The notes beneath the pieces were generated by a model. That model saw nothing but the letters and a program-made list of their open reading frames with translations. It made no database searches and had not been told where the DNA came from. A DNA stretch of 61,823 nt, counting the filler, from Basidiobolus ranarum (Eukaryota), in NCBI GenBank assembly GCA_040143965.1. It is 4 parts of 4 records of this genome, joined end to end, with 100 filler letters (N's around TTAATTAATTAA, not from the genome) between each part and the next. Parts side by side here need not be neighbours in the genome. Positions count along the whole stretch, not along the records: positions 46,485 to 61,823 come from JASJQH010000382.1; 3 more parts are not named here. One strand, written 5' to 3'. The number at the start of each line of letters is the position of its first letter. The stretch's first letter is position 1. A program made the position numbers and the translations under genes. Of this stretch, positions 53,116 to 61,823 are shown piece after piece.

Positions 53116-53858
53116 ATTCGCAACCATCTACAGCCAAGGCCCAAATCCTATAAGATACTTTGAACCGATTTACATACCTTTATCACTACCACGCCTATTC
53201 CACTATTTTAAGTATTATTTTTGCTATTGTAAACCACCTCTGTTAGAAATCCACTTGGATAAACCTCGAAACGCAAGCAGGCGTCTAGTTTATCGATAAT
53301 TGCCATTCCCAGTGTTCGCGTTTTGCATCCTCCAATACGGATATGTAACCTAGCCCTTAACTCCCCACAATATTACTCCTCAAATAAACTACCCTAGCGT
53401 CAGTCTGTAGGGTTATCTCAATTATTCCGTGTCAACAGCAAGAGTAAGCCTCCATATTTGACTAATAGCAGAGATGACTAACATATGATGATCTGCAATA
53501 TAATCTCCGTCATCCAAGATGAATATAATCAGATTGTTGCTTATCAATAATTATTACATAAAGGTCGCACTACGGAGCAAAATATGTAGGGAGAGTCTCA
53601 GTGCTGACTACCTAATTATAGCGGAAAGGTTCAGGCCATGCGATCGAAACAGAGGCTTTTGATATTAGCCGACAAATGAGACCTGAATTGATTCGAGTAT
53701 CACAAACCTATCACACAATTCCTAATGGCCCCGTATTATCATGGGGTGAAGAAAGCCACATGAATTTTGTTCAATCTTAAGTTGACTCTCTGTGTCGTAA
53801 CTAGTTTCTACATTCTTTGATACTATCTTCCTCCCAATACCTGTGCACTTAGTTTAGT

Positions 53859-54665
53859 ATGGCCAAATCTGCGCTTCTCGAACTCATCAGGGCTTCTGTT
53901 GCTGGCCCAAACCCTAATCTTGATCGTCTTGTAAAGCTTTTCTCCACATTCCGAGGCAATGATAAAGTTCTTATGGTATGTTTGTGACTTCATAAGCCAT
54001 GCTTAAATTCATGTTCTAACATTTACCTTCTACAGCTAATCCAATATACTTGTAAAATCTTGACCATTTACTTTAATCATCGTAAAAGACCCGTTCTCGC
54101 CTCTCGTATTGCCAATCTAGGTGGGCCCGCCGCCGATTTCCGTGTTCTTCTTCGCTTTTCTGGTCTTATACCGATGCTTCAATGGATATTGGCTGTTGAG
54201 CGGGACCCACCTGCCTCACGCACTCTCTTGTGGGTCGAAAGACTCCAAAACTTGAGTATGGTATTGTATTATCCTTTGGAACATGTTTATTGGTTGGCTG
54301 CACATCAAATTATCCCAGTATCCACAGCCAAAAACAACAAAATCAGTCTTTGGTCGTGTCGCTTCTGGGCCGCATATGTTATTCTTCAATTTGTCCACAG
54401 TTATGAAGAATACCGCCTCTGGCATGTTAAGCGTATCGGATTGTTGAAGAAATCTGGGGAAGACTCTGTTGATCCCAAGGAGATGGAGGCTTTGATGGCT
54501 GAGAAGCGCAGCATCAAGATGTGGAATATTGTAAACACTGCATACTTCCCTATGACCGTCCACTGGTCCCTAGAAAAATCCCCCATTCCTGAATGGTTTA
54601 TTGGTGTCTGTGGTGTTGTTGCTGGTATGTACCAACTCCAGTTGACGTGGGAATCCACAGCTTAG
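53859..54665 (+). CDS. PEX11: Peroxisomal biogenesis factor Pex11-family protein; 2 exons
   Basis: LDRLVKLFSTFRGNDKVLM|LIQY, DFRVLLRFSGL, YYPLEHVYWL, WSCRFWAAYV, YFPMTVHWSL; intron 53976-54035. Confidence 0.85.
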
Positions 54666-55037
54666 TCTGAGCCAACCCTCGAAGCAGTTCATCGTTGTAC
54701 GCATAGAAAAGATTTATGTATTAAACATCAAAAGATCATTATTACCCAAGGATTTCGTACATAAAGTAGTTATTTACATCACAAACAGTTAATTTAACAC
54801 AATAGGGAGTTTCAATGTATATATATGATTATCATAAACTCGGTATTTTCCGAGTTGCAACTGAAATTTGATTGGTGGGAAATTAGAAATCTCCAGGAAT
54901 TGAGGAAAATTTTATTCAAAAAATATGTGATAGATATACAAATCTGGTTTTCTTGTGTAAGCAATACTAGACCTTCGTTTGGGTGGGCTTTTCTATTTGT
55001 TTCTGTTTCTTGCATACGCGTACCTTGTAATCACAGA

Positions 55038-57012
55038 ATGGATCCTTATGCAACACAAGTCGCTTATAACCCTGCTGCCATGGGTATGACACAAGATGAA
55101 GGATTCAAGAGCTTGTATGTTGGAAATCTTGATCCTAGAGTAACCGATTATATGCTTTGGGAGATTTTTGCTACCGTTGGTCAAGTCATTAGCATCAAAA
55201 TTATCCCTGACAAGAGTGTAAGTTTCTAAACTAGGCCTTAATATTCCCACTTCGTTCTGGTTGTAAGGGTTTCCCTACATACCATATTATATTTATTCCT
55301 CTTTGAGATGTTGACTTATAGCTCAATACTATACGATATCAACTAGTCAACTGATTGAACGTTCTTTTTAAACTCTAGCCATATACAAAGGGTCAGAGTT
55401 TAAACGAGATTGAGTTGTATACTAGGAGTATGACTTTTATTTCCTTTTTTTGTATTCATATATTACTAGCATAATTAGCTATATTTTAAGATTGAGTGAT
55501 TCCTTTAGTTAAACCTTTACTAAGCAATATTCTTATCCATTATTAACTGTAGTTTGCTCACGGTGGCTTAAACTATGGCTTCGTCGAATTTGTTGACCAC
55601 TACTCTGCTGATCAAGCTTTGCAGACTCTTAACGGACGTAAGATTTTCACCTCTGAAATCAGAGTCAACTGGGCGTTCGCTGGTGCCAACGCTCATAAAG
55701 AAGATACATCAAGTTAGTTCATATGTATTTTTCTCCCACCCTCACATCATTGAACTAAATATCTCATTTCGCTTCAACCCAGGTCATTATCATGTTTTCG
55801 TTGGTGACTTAAGTCCCGAGGTTAATGATCAAGTTTTGGCTCAAGCCTTTAGTGCTTTTGGTACCATGTCGTATGTAAAATCCATGCTAACTTCATACTT
55901 GAGTCAAGTGCTAATGGTTTTTTACAGTGATGCCCGTGTTATGTGGGATATGAACTCTGGAAAATCTAGAGGATATGGCTTTGTTGCTTTCAGAGAAAAA
56001 GCTGTAAGTATATGTAATGGTCTTTTATCTTAGTCAAACAAACTAACCATTCTTTTTTTAGGATGCTGATCAAGCGATAAACACAATGAATGGTAAATAT
56101 AACTTAGCACCTTTCATATACCAGCAAGCACACTAAATCTGACTTTGTTTCTAGGTGAATGGCTAGGCAGTAGAGCGATTAGATGCAACTGGGCAAATCA
56201 AAAAGGAACCGCTGCTACTCCAGCCCCAGGTCCCGCACCAAGTCAGTTGTCACTTTAATATTGACTGTATATATGAACATATACTTATTTGATTTCTCTG
56301 TTACAGCTGCTGCTTCCTACAAACAAGCCATGACTTACGAAAGTGTCGTTGGACAAAGTCCCCAACATAATACTACCATCTATGCTGGTAATTTGGCACC
56401 TTATACCACCCGTAAGTATTAAAATCTTAAATCCTAAATCATAAATTGACCTCTAATGCCTCATATTTAATAGAGGAACAACTTTACCCATTGTTCCAAC
56501 AATACGGCTACATAATTGATGTTCGTATGCAAGTCGACCGAGGATTTGCCTTTGTTAAACTTGATACCCACGAAAATGCAGCCATGGCCATCGTATCTCT
56601 ACATGGAGCCGTGGTCAATGGTAGACCTCTTAAATGCTCTTGGGGCAAAGATAAGCCTGCTGATAGTACCTCAACTCCAGCGTACCCTCAACAAAACTAT
56701 GGCTATATGGCTCCGATGTATTCAATGTACCAACCTCAAGCCTACGCTGCTCCTGGAGCTGATATGGCTGCAGCCACTCCTGCCGGAGCTGCTGATCCAA
56801 ATGCTCAAGCTGCTGGTTGGGATGGATACGCTATGTATGACCCATATGCCCAATATTATGGCGCGTATGGTGCCCCTGCTGGCTATGGAGCTCCCGGGAC
56901 CGATCCCAATGCTGCTGCCGCTGCTCCTCCCACCGCTGACAATGCAACACAGCCTGCCAATGCTGGTGCTCCAGGCTCCGGAGATGCTACTTCGCAACCC
57001 ACTGGTTACTAA
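55038..57012 (+). CDS. PUB1: Triple-RRM poly(U)-binding protein Pub1/TIA-1 with a Y/A/P/G-rich prion-like tail
   Basis: [79 protein letters not shown]. Confidence 0.95.
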
Positions 57013-57269
57013 TCAGCAAGAATAAATCGAACACCCCATATACTCCACCTTTGTTTCACGGCGTAATTACAGGAGTAAAAGAATTTATAGAACCGCTCTT
57101 CTAGTGGAGGAAGCAAATTCATATGGGTATTTTCAATTTTTATTCTTCCATTTACCTTGGGGAGTGAAATTCTTCATTAGTAGTTAGTTTCTTAAACACA
57201 AAAAATTAAATGTACATTATCGCAACCCATAAACTGCTTTATGAAAGATATCTTTATTAGTTCCATTTA

Positions 57270-57289
57270 CCTAACCCTAACCCTAACCC
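57270..57289. repeat. Three tandem telomere-type (TAACCC) repeats
   Basis: CCTAACCCTAACCCTAACCC between the Pub1 3' end and the RPS5 promoter. Confidence 0.75.
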
Positions 57290-57734
57290 AACCAATTACT
57301 TACGCTTGTGTATACATCTGCTGAGTTGTCGCCTGAATCTCAGTAACTTGTAGCATAAAGATTGCTTAATTAGGAATACTCATTGTATTTACACTTGGTT
57401 ATGATCTGTTATGATCCATTTGCCATGCTCCATACGGAATAGCATAGTGGACATTAAAGCTCTATACGGAATAGCATCAAATTGAAAACCTTGACTAAAA
57501 TTTGAAACAATGATTTCTGGGGCATGCACCCTATACAACAATTGGAAATAAACAAAAGCGATCAATCTGAGTGAAAAGACCCTCCTTTCCCAGTTGGCTG
57601 TAATCCTTCTGTATAACGGTAAGCCATAACTCTACAACCGATTTCAACAAGACCAGCATGCTAATCCACACCTTTCATCCATCCATCCATTCACAGCCCT
57701 TGTCCGACCGTTTTACACAAGGCACACCCTAATC

Positions 57735-58331
57735 ATGGCTCTCCCCGCTGAAGTTACCCAATCTGAAGGCATCTTGCTTTTCAACAAGTGGTCCTATGAG
57801 GATCTCGAGATTAAGGATATTTCCTTGACTGATTACCTTCAAATCAGAAGCCCTGTCTACTTGCCTCACACTGCTGGTAGATATGCCACCAAGAAGTTCC
57901 GTAAGGCTCAATGCCCTATTGTCGAGCGTATGACCAACTCTCTTATGATGCACGGTCGTAACAACGGTAAAAAGCTCATGGCTGTTCGTATTGTCAAGCA
58001 CGCTTTCGAAATTGTCCACCTTCTTACCGACCAGAACCCCCTCCAAGTTCTCATCGATGCCATCATCAACTCTGGCCCTCGTGAAGACTCTACTCGTATC
58101 GGTAGCTCCGGTACTGTCCGTAGACAAGCTGTCGATGTTTCTCCTTTGAGAAGAGTCAACCAAGCTGTTCATCTTTTGACCACTGGTACCCGTGAATCTG
58201 CTTTCAGAAATGTTAAAACCATTGCTGAATGCTTGGCTGATGAACTCATCAATGCTGCCAAGGGATCCGCTAACAGTTACGCCATCAAGAAGAAGGACGA
58301 GCTCGAACGTGTTGCCAAGAGCAATCGTTAA
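57735..58331 (+). CDS. RPS5: 40S ribosomal protein S5 (uS7); intronless CDS with a probable 5'-UTR intron at 57619-57696
   Basis: [45 protein letters not shown]. Upstream GTAAGC..GCTAAT..CAG. Confidence 0.98.
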   Translation: MALPAEVTQSEGILLFNKWSYEDLEIKDISLTDYLQIRSPVYLPHTAGRYATKKFRKAQCPIVERMTNSLMMHGRNNGKKLMAVRIVKHAFEIVHLLTDQNPLQVLIDAIINSGPREDSTRIGSSGTVRRQAVDVSPLRRVNQAVHLLTTGTRESAFRNVKTIAECLADELINAAKGSANSYAIKKKDELERVAKSNR

Positions 58332-59104
58332 TTTTCACATTTATGGTGTATTTCACGCGACGGTCTTTGGGCGATATGTAATGATGTATATTCTTTGGGC
58401 CACAAAATCAATAAATTTACATTTAGAGGACAAGATTTATGCTTTGATCGGTCTCCTTTCACGGAAAATACCTTGCATGTTAATTGCATATGGGCAGGGT
58501 TAGGCACTATCTAAAATTATATAAGTCGTGAACATTGATTAGCACTAATAAGTTGGTGTTTTAATCGGAAATCTATCAGCTGATCCATCCTGCATTGGGA
58601 GAGGCAATTTGAAGCCATTTGAAGTAGTCGATAGTTTATGACCGTTGGACGATAATGGTTTTATGGCTTTAGGGTTATTATTAATGGAAATAAGGATTGC
58701 GGTTAAATTTACTTTGCCGCAAATTAATAAACCATTAATTATCAAATATTTATGCCAAACTTGTTTTCGTGAATTTTCTTAGCTAGATTTCAAATTAAAT
58801 CATCTGCATTTCTAATTCACTCAATTCATTTGTTGCCAAGTTCGATTCATTGACGCTTGCTCAGCACTTGGTTACCTCCTACTACACTAGTACCATACAC
58901 CTTGGAAACAAAAACCACTATACTTTTTCTTTCCTACATTCCACTTTGCATCATATTACTTACCAATTTACTTCATTGCTTACTTTCTAAAACTATCTGG
59001 CGAATTTCACTTTGATTCCCTTGTTTTTGCTTAATACTTGACTTTCTTTCAATTACAAAACTTCCCTCTCTCTTTGAATCTACAAATATTTTAAATCTAC
59101 GACC

Positions 59105-61482
59105 ATGGGTGCTTGCTCGAGTTGCTGTTTTGGTAGTATGTAACATTTCGTCAGTATTGTGTAGTATCATCTGAATAACATTTCTCTCCTTTTTCAGATA
59201 AACAAAGGACAGGCCTTTATGAACCCTTACTTCAAGAGAACGAACGCGAAGCAGTTGCAGATTTGCTTCAATACTTGGATAGTATGTAGTTTTTTTTTGG
59301 AAAATATTCTATGCTACGATGTTCTCAACGATTTCCTTCGTTGTTAGGTCGAACTAGAGCGGACACGAACTTTTTTGAAGGAGATCCTTTAAGAGCTCTA
59401 TCAACTTTGGCTTTTTCCGATAATTTGGACCTTCAACGCTCTGCTGCTCTCGCCTTTGCTGAGATTACAGAAAAAGGTTGGTTTCTATCGGAAATTTGAA
59501 ATAGGATATCTACATATATTTTATTCATGGACTAACTGAGCTTTGGTTTGTTTTTAAAGATTCAAGAGAGGTTTCTAGAGAGGCACTTGAACCTATCATG
59601 TTTCTCCTTCAGTCTCCTGATGTTGAGGTTCAACGTGCTGCCTCCGCATCTTTAGGCAATCTAGCAGTAAACAGTAAGTAATTCTAACTTGATTATAGCA
59701 CCTCCTTTTATATGTGACTTTTTGCATCTCTAACCATAAAGTTTTAATGATTTTTTACCAGCCGAAAATAAACTACTAATTGTAAGAATGGGTGGTCTTG
59801 AACCCCTGATTCGCCAAATGCTCTCTCCTAACGTAGAGGTGCAATGTAATGCTGTTGGTTGTATTACAAATCTTGCAACCCATGGTAAGACTCGATTGGA
59901 TTAATGTAGTGATTTCAACTTGAATAATATCCATTAACCATTCTCTACTTTATCGTTTAGATGAAAATAAGGCGAAGATTGCTCGTAGTGGTGCATTAAT
60001 CCCTCTAACCAAGTTGGCACGTTCTAAGGATATGCGTGTTCAAAGAAATGCTACCGGCGCATTGCTTAATATGACCCACTCCAGTATGTGTTGATGATAC
60101 GACTTGTATATCCCAATCCTTCTAATTCAATCTTTTTCTTAGTTGAAAATCGGCAGCAACTTGTCAACGCTGGAGCTATTCCAGTTCTTGTTAGTCTTCT
60201 TAATTCACCAGATACTGACGTTCAATATTATTGTACAACTGCATTAAGCAATATCGCGGTAGATGGTACTGTACAGATATACACTTAACTATACAAGATT
60301 TCACTCTAATTGTTATTGTTCTTTCTATTAGTTGAGAATCGTAGAAAACTCACCCAGTCCGAAACACGTCTCGTTAATTCTCTTATTGCCCTCATGGAGT
60401 CTACTTCTCTTAAGGTTCAATGTCAAGCTGCATTAGCGCTTAGAAATCTAGCTTCAGATGGTTAGTAATGTTGAACAGATATCTTTACAAACACATCTAA
60501 CATCTGATTGATCAATAGAGAAATATCAACTTGATATTGTCCGTTCTGGTGGTTTACCTCCTTTACTTAGACTTCTTCAATCATCTTTCCTTCCTTTGAT
60601 TCTCTCCTCAGTTGCATGCATTCGTAATCTCTCCATTCACCCACAAAATGAAGCCCCCATCATTAACGCAGGATTTGTTGGTCCACTCGTGGAACTTCTG
60701 GGCTATGATGAAAATGAAGAAGTTCAAATTCACGCCACTAGTACTCTTCGTAATTTAGCAGCTAGTTCCGAAAAGAACAAAAAGGTTATCGTCGATGCTG
60801 GTGCGGTTGAAAAGATCAAAGACTTGGTTTTGGAGTTACCAGTAGCCGTTCAAAGTGAAATGACGGCTGCGATCGCAGTTCTTGCTTTAAGTGGTAAGTG
60901 GAATGGAATTTTGAAGTAGTCTATCTATTTCATATGTTAATATCTTTCTTCTTATTAGACGAGTTAAAGAGCGTCATGCTTAACAAAAATATATTCAGTG
61001 CACTCATTCCTTTGACCCATTCGGAGAATCCTGAAGTTAAAGGAAACACTGCCGCCGCTATCGGTAATTTGTGTACTAAAGTGGATGATATCACACCTTT
61101 CCTGAATGCCTGGGAAGAGCCATCTGGTGGTCTTCATCAATATCTTACGCAGTTTTTAAAGAGTAAAGACACTACATTTCAACACATTGCAGTATGGACG
61201 ATTGTCCAGTTTTTAGATATGAAAGGTAGCTTTATATTTCCTCTTTATTCTCATTCATTATCCTTATTAACAAACCTTCATATTGTAGATGATAGCCTTA
61301 CACAGAAAATCGCTGAATCTGAAACACTTGCTTCTCTGGTCAAGAGTTTAGCTTGTCAGGACTCAGAGGCACCCGAGGTTGATTTAACATCCAGCAATAT
61401 GGAGGATGCTGGAGATGAAACTGAGATCTCTGCCCTTGCTAGAAGAGTGCTCAATATCATCGAATCAAGTGCTTCCCAATAG
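59105..61482 (+). CDS. VAC8: Vacuolar armadillo-repeat protein Vac8, multi-exon
   Basis: MGACSSCC acylation motif, [74 protein letters not shown]. Confidence 0.97.
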
Positions 61483-61667
61483 GATATCCATTTCAGACTC
61501 ACCAAATACTGAAGAGTTACACAATTCCCATTGTACTGAACCTTTCTTAATGGTAATTCATTGTTTATTTATTTGAAGTGAGATGGAATCTATTTCTCTA
61601 GGAAACTTATTGATTCACGTTGATTTTTCTTAGGAACCTAACTCGCAGTAGAAATTACCAGTGAATT

Positions 61668-61702
61668 TGAAATGATATGATATGATTTGATTTGATTTGA
61701 CC
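61668..61702. repeat. Degenerate TGA(T/A)(T/A) pentamer microsatellite
   Basis: TGAAA TGATA TGATA TGATT TGATT TGATT TGACC. Confidence 0.6.
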
Positions 61703-61823
61703 TACGCTTTGTTTTTATTCCTCTTTACTTCTCTTTAGCTATGTAAAATCGAACATGTTTATAATATATGTTCACCTGTACGTACGAGGAAGGAAGTTTA
61801 TATTGGGGGGGGGGGGGGGGGGG

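Noticed and set aside
31034..54665. Apparent peroxisomal or chitin gene cluster (acyl-CoA oxidase with Pex11; three Chs7 copies)
   Set aside because: It spans an artificial linker. Only Chs7 copies 1 and 2 are demonstrably linked.
61805..61823. Terminal poly-G run
   Set aside because: At the contig end; probably a sequencing or assembly artefact, not a G-quadruplex element.
1..61823. tRNA, rRNA or CRISPR arrays
   Set aside because: The GTTCGA-like hits I checked lacked cloverleaf context. No rRNA-like tract or regularly spaced repeat array was seen.

Overview
Eukaryotic, intron-rich fungal DNA, probably from an early-diverging lineage (Zoopagomycota/Mucoromycota-like; inferred from the gene set, short GT-AG introns and an SCNM1 homolog). 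The window is not contiguous. It is four contigs (1-15433, 15534-30933, 31034-46384, 46485-61823; 15433, 15400, 15351 and 15339 bp, i.e. sorted by size) joined by artificial 100-bp N44-TTAATTAATTAA-N44 linkers. Recognisable genes: HAL/NPR-family kinase, SCNM1, DUF1748 protein, RPS4 (partial), capping protein alpha, dCMP deaminase, ERT1/AcuK Zn2Cys6 factor, LIM-domain-binding (Mfg1/PtaB-like) protein, acyl-CoA oxidase (partial), isochorismatase-domain protein, three Chs7 paralogs, an F-box/PP2-like protein, ZUP1/Mug105 deubiquitinase, Pex11-family protein, Pub1/TIA-1, RPS5 and Vac8, plus several hypothetical proteins. AT-rich, CpG-depleted islands hold a ~347-bp Ty1/copia LTR family (solo, nested and inverted copies) and decayed copia and gypsy coding relics. 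I found no clearly new multi-gene system. The best leads are a structured, candidate poison-exon region in the long Pub1 intron, the plant-style F-box/PP2 protein, the Chs7 expansion, an intronless HLHHW membrane protein, and a CpG-deamination footprint on the repeats. All family calls come from motif recognition by eye, not database searches.
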